From: Bdellovibrionales bacterium
Lineage (GTDB): Bacteria; Bdellovibrionota_C; UBA2361; SZUA-149; JAGRAN01
NCBI GenBank assembly: GCA_020434585.1
Contig: JAGRAN010000032.1
Location: forward strand, 11,013 to 75,012
DNA: 64,000 bases
Direction of reading: 5' to 3'
Shown: positions 47,344-57,170 of the stretch, in pieces
Numbering within the stretch: the stretch's first letter is position 1
How the letters are laid out: each line of letters opens with the position of its first letter
Notes under the pieces: model-generated
Databases searched by the model: none
What the model saw: only the letters and a program-made list of their open reading frames with translations
Told to the model about the DNA's origin: nothing
Translations under genes and position numbers: made by a program

Positions 47344-48627
47344 TTAGCTGATCTGCTCGATGAGGACCATCGTCAGTAGCACCAGGCTCACGGCAGCCGC
47401 GATCCAGTCGGCGGCGCGAGGACGTTCTTCGCCTCCTTTCCTCCAGAGAAACAGCGGATACGCGGCGATGCACCCGAAGAGCGCAACGGCGATGCTCGAG
47501 CAGAGGATGCCAGCCAGGGCAACGAGCTCGAGGTACCGCGTGATGCGGTCGCGTTCCAGATCGCAGTACGGGTACTTGGCGATGTTGTATCCGACGAACG
47601 CCAATGCAACCGCGGAGGCGAACGCTGGGACTGCTGAAGTCACGGGGGCAGTGAACACCATGATGACGAACAGCAACCCCGTGACGAGCGTGCAAACCCG
47701 AGTGCGTCCACCCGCCAGGATGCCGGTGATGCCCTCGAAAGCGACGATGATGGTTCCAGTGCCGAAGACGGGACCGATAGCACCAATCGCGCCGCTGGCC
47801 GTGAGGCCGCGAGTGAGATGCACCGGAGAGCCGTCGGCTTCCTGCAGATCGGGCGCAGGCGAGACTTTCGCCTCGAAGGTCGAAACGACGTCTGCGATCA
47901 AGACCGCCAACAGGGTCAACATCTCGTCGAGGTACTCGAACCGGAGTGCTGATGAAATGTCGGGCGAGATCCAGCGCAGCTCTGGCGCGGCGAAGATCTT
48001 GTCCGGCAGCTCGGCGTCGCCAAGCAGCAGTCCACCGACCATCGCGACGCTGATGCCGATCAGAATGGCGATTGGCCGACTGCGCTTGAACTCCCAGACC
48101 GCGAACAGCACAGCGGTTCCGAGGAGGAACAGAGCGCTTTGCGAGGTCAGCTTGAGGCCGAGCAGCACCGACCCTCCGCCGAGTAGACCGGCGGTGCGCG
48201 CTGCAGCCGCTATCAGGTAGTACCCAATCGCGAGCTTCACGACGCACTTCAGTCGAAACGGGGTGGCGGCAGCAGCGCGCGTGACCAGTCCGGAGACTGA
48301 CATCAGGGCGAACACTGCAGACGAGCAGACCGCGATTCCGAGGATGTGAGTCCACGGGATGTGGTTCGCAGCAAAGGCTCCGAAGAGCGAGAGCGGAACG
48401 ATTCCGGGAATCATCACTCCGGGCGGCTTCGGGACGAGCAGCGCGTAGAGCAGCGTGCTCACAGCGCAGAGCAGCGCGGCGAGCGTACTCGACTCCTGAG
48501 CGGTAAACCCGGAGCCCTGCATGAATGCAGGAGTAAGCGGAACGATGTACATGACCGAAACCGCGGTAACGGTGCCGGCGATGACCTGCGAGAGCAGGCT
48601 GCGATGAACGTGTGTCTCGAACTGCAA
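47344..48627 (-). CDS. Nucleobase (xanthine/uracil/adenine-guanine) permease, NCS2/AzgA family
   Basis: 12-14 TM helices with AzgA-like blocks (AFMQGSGFTA..., VFGTGTIIVAFEGITG). Very GC-rich island. The overlapping 531-aa ORF at 47198..48793 and the + strand ORFs are artifacts. Confidence 0.75.
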   Translation of the reverse strand: MQFETHVHRSLLSQVIAGTVTAVSVMYIVPLTPAFMQGSGFTAQESSTLAALLCAVSTLLYALLVPKPPGVMIPGIVPLSLFGAFAANHIPWTHILGIAVCSSAVFALMSVSGLVTRAAAATPFRLKCVVKLAIGYYLIAAAARTAGLLGGGSVLLGLKLTSQSALFLLGTAVLFAVWEFKRSRPIAILIGISVAMVGGLLLGDAELPDKIFAAPELRWISPDISSALRFEYLDEMLTLLAVLIADVVSTFEAKVSPAPDLQEADGSPVHLTRGLTASGAIGAIGPVFGTGTIIVAFEGITGILAGGRTRVCTLVTGLLFVIMVFTAPVTSAVPAFASAVALAFVGYNIAKYPYCDLERDRITRYLELVALAGILCSSIAVALFGCIAAYPLFLWRKGGEERPRAADWIAAAVSLVLLTMVLIEQIS

Positions 48628-49200
48628 CTGAATACTCCGTGACGGTTTGGGGTGGAATAGTGAAGAGGTGTTGTTCGATCACTCGCCAACGAACGACACC
48701 AGACCCGGATGCAGCACAAGGTGCAGATTCCGGGTCCAGTGCCGATCGATTTGTTCCAATCACGGAGAAAAGAACCACAATGACTTCATACACACCGCCT
48801 GAGGTTCACGCTCAGCAGGTGTGTTGAACTAATGCTTCTACTCACGACCAAATTTGCGATTCAGCAGCGTATGGTAGTGCATCAATTACGTCAAGAATCT
48901 GGGCGGCTTAGATTGTTTGTTTCTTGTTAATAATGCGTTGCAGCTGCGCAAGGGACACGCAGGCAAGAATTTAAGCAGACAAATCGAGCCGCGACTGGAT
49001 AAAAATATACATTGTTACAAATTATCATAATGAGCGATTAACCACTTTAGTGCGTAAAAAAAGAGGTTCAGCTAGAAACTACGAATTCAACGTTACAATG
49101 TTACGATACTTTGCTTAGAGAAGTTGCTTGCCCGGAGTATGCTGGACCTATAACCCATTCGAGTATTTCCTGTGTTTGTATATAGTTAAGGAGCTTTACG

Positions 49201-49929
49201 ATGTTCTCCGGCAAAAAATCAACGCTAATCTGCAGTTCTCTAGTTGCGCTGACTACACTTAGCGGCTGCTTGTCTCGTTCAATTTCTGGCGGAGCCGGCG
49301 GCCGCGGCTTGCACCAACAGCAGGCTGTTATCTACGGAGGAGAGCTTTCAGAGAACGATGTCCTCGGCTTGTCGTCCGCTGCTTTGGTGAGCGACGAGCA
49401 GATTCAAAACGCACTGGATTCAGCGGCAAAGATACAGATTACGAAGGGAGCTAAGATAATGCTCGTGCAGTCGGGAGCGAGAGTGCCCGATCATTCGATG
49501 ATTAAGTCGTTCGAATCGAACTACGGAGTTAGTGTTTTTTCGGGGATTGCAGAAAACTCGTCCCCCCAATCATCTTATGCGAAGGCGCTGCGGTTGGCCG
49601 CTGCAAGAAGCGGAAGCGAGAAAATTGTTTGCTATTGGGGGAAGGTTGAATCAGCATCGCGCGAGCTTGAAACAAAAGTTGTTTCGTGGGTGCCGATTGT
49701 CGGCCAGATTGTCCCGGACAAAGCGCAGCGAATGCGCATCCAGCTGAAGATCGCTGTGATCGATGTTAGAACCGGCTCGTGGGACATTTACTCTTCCAAA
49801 ACCTTTGACGATCTTTCAGTAAGTGCAAAGATTAGCCGCGAGTCGTCTGATCAAGGGCAAATTGATGAGTTGAAATCCAAAGCGTACAAAGCCGCAGCCG
49901 AGGAGTTTATCCAAAGGTACTCTGTGTGA
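49201..49929 (+). CDS. Hypothetical lipoprotein
   Basis: Signal peptide plus lipobox (LVALTTLSGCLS). RBS AAGGAG 8 bp upstream. 242 aa. Confidence 0.45.
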   Translation: MFSGKKSTLICSSLVALTTLSGCLSRSISGGAGGRGLHQQQAVIYGGELSENDVLGLSSAALVSDEQIQNALDSAAKIQITKGAKIMLVQSGARVPDHSMIKSFESNYGVSVFSGIAENSSPQSSYAKALRLAAARSGSEKIVCYWGKVESASRELETKVVSWVPIVGQIVPDKAQRMRIQLKIAVIDVRTGSWDIYSSKTFDDLSVSAKISRESSDQGQIDELKSKAYKAAAEEFIQRYSV

Positions 49930-50067
49930 GGTTTAGTGAAACTCTGCCTCTTCCATATGCCGACTGAGGAGAGAGTCGGGCTGTATTGATGGCTTTTGTT
50001 GCCCCGCAGTGGCCCAGAGTGCTACGTTCAGTGCTGCTAATGTTCGGATTGACCGGGGGAAGCGGCA

Positions 50068-50412
50068 ATGAAACTAAACTACTTAGCATTGACTTCACTG
50101 GCAGTGTGCTTAGCTGCACCAAGCGTCTCGGCTCAGCCGATTCGGGCGCCGTATTACAGTGCGTATCGCTCAAACGGATATTCGACTAAGAACGTGACCG
50201 TTCGAAAGAAAGGAGAGAATCCGTTCGAGTTTCGTAACGACCACAAAGGTGTAAACATGGATGCGTGGGAAGCGAATCGGGTAGCAAACCCATCTCAACG
50301 CGCTCCCATTAACCAGCCAGAAGCCAGAACTCCGCAAACGCAGAGCGCCCCCGTTCCTGAAGGTCGTGCGCTCGATCCGGATTACGACCCGATGCATCGA
50401 TCGGGGAAATAG
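50068..50412 (+). CDS. Small secreted protein
   Basis: Signal peptide MKLNYLALTSLAVCLAAPSVSAQ. 114 aa, Pro/Arg-rich C-terminus. Confidence 0.4.
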   Translation: MKLNYLALTSLAVCLAAPSVSAQPIRAPYYSAYRSNGYSTKNVTVRKKGENPFEFRNDHKGVNMDAWEANRVANPSQRAPINQPEARTPQTQSAPVPEGRALDPDYDPMHRSGK

Positions 50413-50418
50413 CAGTAA

Positions 50419-51222
50419 CTAGTCTGCCGGCAGATATTTAAGGAACGAGCCGGGCTTTCGATACAGCTCTTGAGGAATTTTTCCTTCAAGAGACTTCTCA
50501 TGATACTCGGGAAGCTTGGACCAATGTAGTCCCTGTTTCATGTGATGAGCAGTGTGATACCCAAGATTACCCGTTAGAATATTATACCAGCGGTGCATAA
50601 TATTATACGAAGCTTCGTGATGGTCGTCTGAATCAAGGCCCGCATGATGAAAGAATGTATGCAGGCAGGTGATGACGTAGCTTCCGGTCATCGGAATGAT
50701 GAAAACAAAAAGCGCCGCAACCCAGTTGTAGTAAATCATCGCACTCAGGATAACTAAACAAAGTGCGGTCATCGCGAGCATGGGCCGCAGAATTTTCGGG
50801 TGACGCATGCCGACTTGAATCGCGCGCGGGTAGCCTGTGAGCGCAGTCGCCAGAGTGTATTCGATCACACCCATAGTTGTTCCATCGCGGCGCATCCAGC
50901 GTGATTCGTCCTTTGATTGATCGAGGTAGTTCAGGTGATGGCCGAGGACATGATGTAAGGTCCAGGTGTTTGTTGCCATCGCTGTCTGGAAGAAAAAGAC
51001 AATCTCCAGCAGACGATTCATGAATACATTTCTAAACATTGGTACATGCTGATGATGGTGGTTCCAGGCGCAAATCAGGCCCTTGGGGATTATAGTTAGG
51101 GCACCGTAAAGTGCGAGAAGCCAAGTATTTGAAATAGTGAAGAAAACGAGCAAATCGAGCGCGAAGAAGGAGAAGAACACGATGACCGGGAGCTGGTCTT
51201 CTTTATACCGGGTAAATGCCAT
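50419..51222 (-). CDS. Membrane fatty-acid desaturase / hydroxylase family protein
   Basis: Three His boxes (HHHQH, HHVLGHH, HTAHH) in a polytopic membrane protein. Confidence 0.7.
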   Translation of the reverse strand: MAFTRYKEDQLPVIVFFSFFALDLLVFFTISNTWLLALYGALTIIPKGLICAWNHHHQHVPMFRNVFMNRLLEIVFFFQTAMATNTWTLHHVLGHHLNYLDQSKDESRWMRRDGTTMGVIEYTLATALTGYPRAIQVGMRHPKILRPMLAMTALCLVILSAMIYYNWVAALFVFIIPMTGSYVITCLHTFFHHAGLDSDDHHEASYNIMHRWYNILTGNLGYHTAHHMKQGLHWSKLPEYHEKSLEGKIPQELYRKPGSFLKYLPAD

Positions 51223-51341
51223 TTATGACTCGAATTATCGGGCTGGACAGGCAATCTGCTACAGCGGAAGTTTACACGCACTAGCCAGACTGTCTACGAG
51301 AAAAATCACCGCTAATCAAGCGGCAGGAGTCTCGCGTAACA

Positions 51342-51734
51342 TCAGCGGGCAGTTCGCGGGCGTCGATCAGTTCTTTCGTCGATCATTCTGGCGTCAATTC
51401 TACGCTGCTGCGAATCGTATTCGAAGATGATTTGCACGAGGACAGTATTGTTGCCCAAGCGCATTAATGTGTAAGTAGCGTCAATATCTGCTCGGCGAAA
51501 CCGTAGCAATATATCGTTAAGCAGTCTGACAGGAACCCTAATTGAAAAGCTTCCGGCTTCGTCGCTCACGTCGCTGTCACCAGTTTCTTCAACGATGACC
51601 TCTACACCTTCGAGTGGTTCACCGTTCTTGCTTGCGATGCTGCCCTCGATGGTGATGCCGCCAGTTCCTTCCGAGCCTCCGCCACAGGCACATAGTACCA
51701 TGATGCAAAACAAAGACGTTACTAATGCTTTCAT
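51342..51734 (-). CDS. Small lipoprotein with a carboxypeptidase-regulatory-like (CarbopepD_reg / transthyretin-like) beta-sandwich
   Basis: Lipobox LCACGGG, then IEGSIASKNGEPLEGVEVIVEETGDS. Its start overlaps the upstream paralog-B gene by 4 bp. Confidence 0.4.
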   Translation of the reverse strand: MKALVTSLFCIMVLCACGGGSEGTGGITIEGSIASKNGEPLEGVEVIVEETGDSDVSDEAGSFSIRVPVRLLNDILLRFRRADIDATYTLMRLGNNTVLVQIIFEYDSQQRRIDARMIDERTDRRPRTAR

Positions 51735-52546
51735 TTTGTTTCAGCCTTATCCTGTGGTTCGCATACGAAACTAAACGCAGTTGCGGCGACTTTACCGCCG
51801 CCCTTAAGGTCCTTTAGCTCCCGGTTAATGTCTTTATCGTGGGACGCGAGGTATTCCCTCAGTCGTTTCTGAAAGACTGAACCCTCTCGGAGCAGCCAGG
51901 TTTTTATTTCGGGAATTCGTTCTACGGCGATATTGTCGTATTCCGTTCTGAGGTGGAGGTGGGGAACTGACTCTGAGCCGAAAATGTTTTCCTCTACTGC
52001 GCGAGTAATATTCTCAGTATCGCTGGCCAGCATGCGAAAACCTTCGTGGTAGTCGCTGCGTGGGATGTACATCTTCTCTTTAAGAGAAACATTTTCATTT
52101 TCGCGTTCGACTATTCCGGCTCGTTCAAGCTCGGCGAGAACTGTGTATGGATTCACATCTTTACTTACTTGAAAAACGAGCGAATGAAATTCACTGTCTT
52201 CCCCGGTGCAGTTTAAAGGGCGAGGGCCGCGTTTTTGGTCCTGGTATTTCGGGTCTTCAAGCCATTGGCCGATAACGCGAGTGAGTAAGCTGCTCTTTGA
52301 GTCCGGCTGATGTTCCTGCATTAAGCTTCGCACTTCTTTGCGGTGAATTCCGGTCATAATTGAAATTCTGCTGACACTGGGTTTTGCGTCGGCTTGGTGC
52401 AGCTCGTCCTCGGCGAGCTTCACAAGTGCTTGCTTCAGTGCGCCAACCACGCGTTGAATCCCAATGCCGTGGCGCAGACAAAAGCGGGCCACTGGCCTCA
52501 CGAGGAGCGACAGACAGTCATTTAGAATTTCTTCGGAGCGCGCCAT
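51731..52546 (-). CDS. Hypothetical HTH-like protein, paralog B of the 270-aa family
   Basis: See 45206..46018; alignable along the whole length. Confidence 0.5.
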   Translation of the reverse strand: MARSEEILNDCLSLLVRPVARFCLRHGIGIQRVVGALKQALVKLAEDELHQADAKPSVSRISIMTGIHRKEVRSLMQEHQPDSKSSLLTRVIGQWLEDPKYQDQKRGPRPLNCTGEDSEFHSLVFQVSKDVNPYTVLAELERAGIVERENENVSLKEKMYIPRSDYHEGFRMLASDTENITRAVEENIFGSESVPHLHLRTEYDNIAVERIPEIKTWLLREGSVFQKRLREYLASHDKDINRELKDLKGGGKVAATAFSFVCEPQDKAETK

Positions 52547-52769
52547 TCAAGTAATGTATTCTTTTCCCACTGCTAGATTAGCCTCGATTAGGCCACAGGT
52601 CAATTCCGTTCTGCTCTCCAGCAATTTTTAAATTAGAAATAACAGGAACTTAATGCATTAAATCTTTAAATCCGGGATCTCGCCACTTGCGATACTCTTG
52701 CGTCTTTGCCATAGCGTAGTGGGGAAAATACCCACTATTTATAACATAGAGTTTAGGAGACGCAACAGT

Positions 52770-53537
52770 ATGGGCAATCGACGGTTAACAGCATTCTTTT
52801 TTCTGCTGCTCGGCTGGAGCTTCGTTCCGGCGACGGCTACGGCAGCAGATTATCTGGCATCAATTGGAGATACCGTGTCAGTTTCGGGCGGAGTTGTGAT
52901 GGTAGAAGCCGGCGACGGATTTCTTTTAGATACGCATCACGATCGCAGCTATTCGTGCGAGGGAGTTCCATCGGACAGCCAATCGGAGTTCGGCTTCAAT
53001 ACTGAGCTTGTTGGAACTATCGACAATTCTAATACGATCACCGCTGTGCCAAATGCTGACATGGCGCCGCATGTGACAGGACCACTCGGAGGGGGAGGAA
53101 CAGCGAGACTGTCTTTCGTCGCAGTGAATCCAGATCGATATCGGCTCTCTGTTGCTACGGCCAGAACCGGAGGAGAAGATGTTGCGGTAAGATGCTTTGA
53201 AACTACTCTTTTTGGTGGGTTTAATACCTATCTGAACCAGTACAATTATTTGGAGCTTGTAAATTACAGCGACCGTCCGATCAGCGGTGCGTTCGTCCTG
53301 ACAGATAACGATCACAAGGAGCGAGCGAGGCTACCGTTTAGCGTGCCTGGTGGGTCTCGGGTGGACTTCGATCTACACGGACGGGTTGGCCGCGACTTAT
53401 ATGGACTGGTGAAGGTAATCCATAATGGCCCGGTACGAGCACTTGGCGGTTCGGTCGCCTTTTACAGTAAGCGCGCTCCGGAGTCGACCGACATAGTTCT
53501 GCGCGGACGTTTTAGGCTGCGAAGCGCGCTTAACTAG
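52770..53537 (+). CDS. Secreted hypothetical protein
   Basis: Start refined to the ATG at 52770, with AGGAGA RBS upstream and signal peptide MGNRRLTAFFFLLLGWSFVPATATAADY. Confidence 0.4.
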   Translation: MGNRRLTAFFFLLLGWSFVPATATAADYLASIGDTVSVSGGVVMVEAGDGFLLDTHHDRSYSCEGVPSDSQSEFGFNTELVGTIDNSNTITAVPNADMAPHVTGPLGGGGTARLSFVAVNPDRYRLSVATARTGGEDVAVRCFETTLFGGFNTYLNQYNYLELVNYSDRPISGAFVLTDNDHKERARLPFSVPGGSRVDFDLHGRVGRDLYGLVKVIHNGPVRALGGSVAFYSKRAPESTDIVLRGRFRLRSALN

Positions 53538-53554
53538 TTTTTTAAGGCCCCGCC

Positions 53555-54532
53555 GTGGATCAGTATTCGCGGCGGGCCGTTTTTTGTTGGTTTGAGGCGG
53601 CGGCGCCTGCTAGCCTAGCTTGGCGAACGGGTAGTATCAGCGAACTCTTGTTGCGTTCGCCTAGGAGAATCGCCATGGAGCTGCCGCGCTACTGGGCTAA
53701 GTCTAGCCAGCCGTATTCCGACCAACGCATGGGGGACATCCTTGTTTGCTGTTGGCGCTGGTCGGCCTCAAGTTTAAGCGATGCGAGACGGGACGCGGAG
53801 CACGCAGTCCGTGCAATGGTCGATCGGCTGCAGGCCGGCGAGTGGTTTCCCAGCGCATACGATTATGGGGCAAAGCCGCTTCGCGAAGAGCTACTCCAGG
53901 AGCTGCGGGACCGCAGAGGAGAGGTTGTTTCCGCGGTCACACGAAATTACTACGGCGCCAAAGTTCTAAATACAGCCGAGGTAATGTTCGCCGATATCGA
54001 TAAGAAGTCGTCCGGACTCGGCTCAATTCTTGGATCGGCCTTTAGGGCATTGTTTGGAGGCAAGGCCCAGAAGAGCGAACATCAGCAGCTGGACAGCGTA
54101 AAGGAGTGGGCGGCTCAAGATAGCCGTCGTTCGATGCGAATCTACCAGACCCACAGCGGCTATCGTCTGCTGCTGACACACGAGAAATTTGACCCGAGCT
54201 CCGAAGGCGCAGTGGAGATGCTGAACAGTTTTGGCAGCGACCCACTTTACGTTCGCCTTTGTCGCAGTCAGTCCTGTTTTAGGGCTCGACTAAGTCCAAA
54301 GCACTGGCGAATTAGAGTTAGCGCCCCGCCGAATAGATTTCCCTGGGAGAATGCACAGGAAGAGGCGCGCTATCGAGAATGGTTGTATCGCTACGAGCAG
54401 GAGGCACAGCAGTTTGCTGTTTGCAGATTTCTAGAATCTATCGGTCATTCAGTGCGCGATGATGCGATCGCCCAAGTTGTCGATTTGCATGACAGAGATT
54501 GCCAGGTCCACGCCGAGAAGCAATTGGCGTAG
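53555..54532 (+). CDS. Hypothetical protein (start possibly at the ATG at 53675)
   Basis: Long ORF, no recognised motif. Trp/Arg-rich. Confidence 0.3.
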   Translation: MDQYSRRAVFCWFEAAAPASLAWRTGSISELLLRSPRRIAMELPRYWAKSSQPYSDQRMGDILVCCWRWSASSLSDARRDAEHAVRAMVDRLQAGEWFPSAYDYGAKPLREELLQELRDRRGEVVSAVTRNYYGAKVLNTAEVMFADIDKKSSGLGSILGSAFRALFGGKAQKSEHQQLDSVKEWAAQDSRRSMRIYQTHSGYRLLLTHEKFDPSSEGAVEMLNSFGSDPLYVRLCRSQSCFRARLSPKHWRIRVSAPPNRFPWENAQEEARYREWLYRYEQEAQQFAVCRFLESIGHSVRDDAIAQVVDLHDRDCQVHAEKQLA

Positions 54533-54546
54533 TTGAAATTAGTCGT

Positions 54547-55386
54547 CTAGTTTGTAAGTGCTTCTGGTGCGGCTTCTGCAAGGAAGCTTAGCACGGCGGG
54601 ATGCTGGATATTAGTGTAGAGCACGATGTCGCCTTTGCGGCATATTGATTCAACGCCTGTGCTGGGGTCGCTCTGAGCGACCACTCCGGCGATACTCATA
54701 ATACCTTCGTTTTCTACAAACAACGCACCGCCAGAATCGCCCCTACATGGAGTTGCCAATCCATCCCGATTTACGGTGAATAAGTGATTGATGGTTTGAT
54801 CTTCGATGAACGTGCTGCCAGCTCGAATCACCGGCTCGATGCTGTTTTCGCTTTCACCGACACCCGCGACCACAGCCGGCTCACCAGTTTCGACTGCTCT
54901 AGAAATCAGAATTGGACTGGGAGTGACTGTGAGTTGATCGGCAGTTTCGACGACAGCTACATCGTTAAACACCAATCCCATCTTTTCATCGACCGTGAAA
55001 AACTCGTTTACGTATATTTGCTTTGCGGCATGTGAGCCGAACAATGTATCAACTCTGACAGCGGTTACTCCGCCGATGAAGCAATGCGTGGCTGTTAAGA
55101 CCTTGGTCGGCGCGATGACTGTGCCAGTGCAAAGGTGAAGTTCATTAGTGGCTGTTAGAATGAAAATCCTTGCTACCGAGCTGCCGCTTACTGTGGCTTC
55201 AGGCGCTTCGCATGCTTGCCCGTTTGCAATTTTAAGTCCGATGGCGCTGCAGGCGTCTTTTGCCCCGGTGCCTGAAAGCGAGACGGGGGAAAGACTTTCG
55301 CTGGAGTCGCCGGATCCCCCCGAACCACCGGAGCACGCGCTTAGGCAAAACGAGCAGGCTATCAGGCAGCTTAAAAGTAAACGCAT
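54547..55386 (-). CDS. Trypsin-like (S1) serine protease lipoprotein
   Basis: Lipobox LSACSGG. Catalytic His block LTATHCF and Ser block CRGDSGGALF. Confidence 0.8.
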   Translation of the reverse strand: MRLLLSCLIACSFCLSACSGGSGGSGDSSESLSPVSLSGTGAKDACSAIGLKIANGQACEAPEATVSGSSVARIFILTATNELHLCTGTVIAPTKVLTATHCFIGGVTAVRVDTLFGSHAAKQIYVNEFFTVDEKMGLVFNDVAVVETADQLTVTPSPILISRAVETGEPAVVAGVGESENSIEPVIRAGSTFIEDQTINHLFTVNRDGLATPCRGDSGGALFVENEGIMSIAGVVAQSDPSTGVESICRKGDIVLYTNIQHPAVLSFLAEAAPEALTN

Positions 55387-55550
55387 AAAAACGAAGCTCT
55401 ATTTAGTTACTCTAGTTAGATCGGTCATGCCTGAGTTGCACTTAAGCGTGAGTAGTTCCATGTATCTATGATGTCGCTTCGGCCCACAGGTCTTCTTCGT
55501 CCCAATGCCTGGTCGCAAAGTGTGGACAATCACAATTTTCTTGGGCACTT

Positions 55551-56198
55551 ATGCCTGTTAGACTGGATGAGGGCCGTAAGGGTTTACAGGAGGGCTTGAT
55601 GGGGAAGCAAAATGCTAAACGACGCTGTGAATGGGTTCCCCAGGACGACCCACTCTATCAGCGCTACCATGACCGTGAATGGGGCGTTCCTTTGAAAAGC
55701 CGAGCCAAGTTGTTTGAGATGCTGCTGCTTGAAGGTGCTCAGGCCGGGCTTAGCTGGCGAACCGTTCTTCACAAACGTGAAAACTATCGAAGGCTCTTTG
55801 CCGACTTCGATCCGGAAAAGGTCGCGCGCTTCACTGATGCAAAACTTGAAAAGATTTTGCTCGACCCGGGAATCATTCGCAATCGCCTCAAGGTGTATGG
55901 GTTTCGCAAAAACGCACGTGCTTTTCTTAGGCTTGAAGAGGAGAGCGGAGATTTTTCGAAGTTCATCTGGTCTTATGTTGGCGGAAAACCGATTCAGAAC
56001 AAATGGAAAAACTTAAAAGAAGTTCCTAGTGAGACAGAGTATGCCCGCTCTATGAGCAAGGACTTGAAACGGCGCGGATTTACCTTCGTCGGACCTTCGA
56101 TTTGCTACGCGTTTATGCAAGCCTGTGGGATGGTGAACGACCACGCAGTATACTGTTTTTGTTATAAGCAAACCGCAGCCAAAGCGGAACGATTCTAA
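55551..56198 (+). CDS. tag: DNA-3-methyladenine glycosylase I
   Basis: Tag-family motifs (YHDREWGVP, FEMLLLEGAQAGLSWRTVLHKRENYRRLF, C-terminal Zn-binding Cys/His). True start probably the internal Met near 55599. Confidence 0.85.
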   Translation: MPVRLDEGRKGLQEGLMGKQNAKRRCEWVPQDDPLYQRYHDREWGVPLKSRAKLFEMLLLEGAQAGLSWRTVLHKRENYRRLFADFDPEKVARFTDAKLEKILLDPGIIRNRLKVYGFRKNARAFLRLEEESGDFSKFIWSYVGGKPIQNKWKNLKEVPSETEYARSMSKDLKRRGFTFVGPSICYAFMQACGMVNDHAVYCFCYKQTAAKAERF

Positions 56199-56449
56199 AC
56201 TTCCCTGAGCTCCGGCTAAAATTCCTGTCTGGTTAGGACTAACAAAAGCTGCTACACATTTTTACCTATGGAGCCGGAAATTGAACAGGATGAGGACTTT
56301 GACTACACCGCAGTCGCGGCCTGCAATTACTACCAAATGCTCGAATCAAGCACTGTCGGCGGTGACCTTGATGAAGAAATGCTAATCGAAAATATTCTAA
56401 ACCTTTCTGCCCCTAAGCCTAGGCTTAAACTGGCCGGCACAGATTAGAC

Positions 56450-57088
56450 TTACTTCTTGCCCCAGAGCTGCTCTAGTCGTTGATCCCTGCCGCAGCTATA
56501 GCGGTAGTACTTGTAGCGAATCGGATTTCGCTGGTAGTAGTTTTGGTGATAATCCTCGGCCGGATAGAATGTGGAGGCCGCGGTAATTTCTGTCACTATG
56601 CCAATTTTGTATTTCTGTTCTACCGCCGCTTTTGTTTTTTCCGCCAACTGCTTTTGCTCGTCTGAATCGTAAAAGATAGCCGTGCGATACTGCTCGCCGC
56701 GGTCGCAGAACTGACCGCCGCCGTCAGTCGGGTCGACGTTCTTCCAAAAAACTTCCAACAGTTGTTCATAACTGACTTTCTTCGGGTCGTACTTTACTTG
56801 AAGCGCCTCAGCATGGCCTGTAGTGCCGCTTGAGACCTGCTTGTATGTCGGATTGGCGACTCGTCCACCGGTATAGCCCGAGGTGGTAGAAATTACGCCG
56901 TCAATCTTGTCGAACGGAGGCTCCATGCACCAAAAGCAACCGCCGGCGAACGTGGCCGTGCCTAAATTCTGGTGATGTGCCGGCTCAGTTTCAGCTACGG
57001 CATCTGAGGATGGATGTGCGCCAAAAAAGCTCCAGCAAATAATCAAGAACAAAAGCGCACAAATAATAGATAAATTTTTCGGCCCCAC
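56450..57088 (-). CDS. msrA: Peptide-methionine (S)-S-oxide reductase, exported
   Basis: Active-site GCFWC within ATFAGGCFWCMEPPF. N-terminal signal/anchor helix. Confidence 0.85.
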   Translation of the reverse strand: MGPKNLSIICALLFLIICWSFFGAHPSSDAVAETEPAHHQNLGTATFAGGCFWCMEPPFDKIDGVISTTSGYTGGRVANPTYKQVSSGTTGHAEALQVKYDPKKVSYEQLLEVFWKNVDPTDGGGQFCDRGEQYRTAIFYDSDEQKQLAEKTKAAVEQKYKIGIVTEITAASTFYPAEDYHQNYYQRNPIRYKYYRYSCGRDQRLEQLWGKK

Positions 57089-57170
57089 GGCAAAATCTCC
57101 GGTTTAAGAACGTATTCGCCCGTAACGACCAAACGTTACAAAAAAGCCGGAGGTTGAGGAAGGGCAGAAG

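Noticed and set aside
47198-48793. 531-aa minus-strand ORF, plus the 286-aa ORF at 47360..48220 (+) and other ORFs overlapping the nucleobase permease
   Set aside because: They are alternative frames of a very GC-rich gene. The permease frame shows 12+ coherent TM helices and family motifs; the others are Arg/Pro/Ser-rich with no structure.
48628-49200. Long AT-rich intergenic region and other gaps (6118-6561, 35468-35794), inspected for tRNA or other structured RNA genes
   Set aside because: No GTTCGA(A/T)TC T-loop or cloverleaf-like segments seen. These are probably promoter or regulatory spacers.
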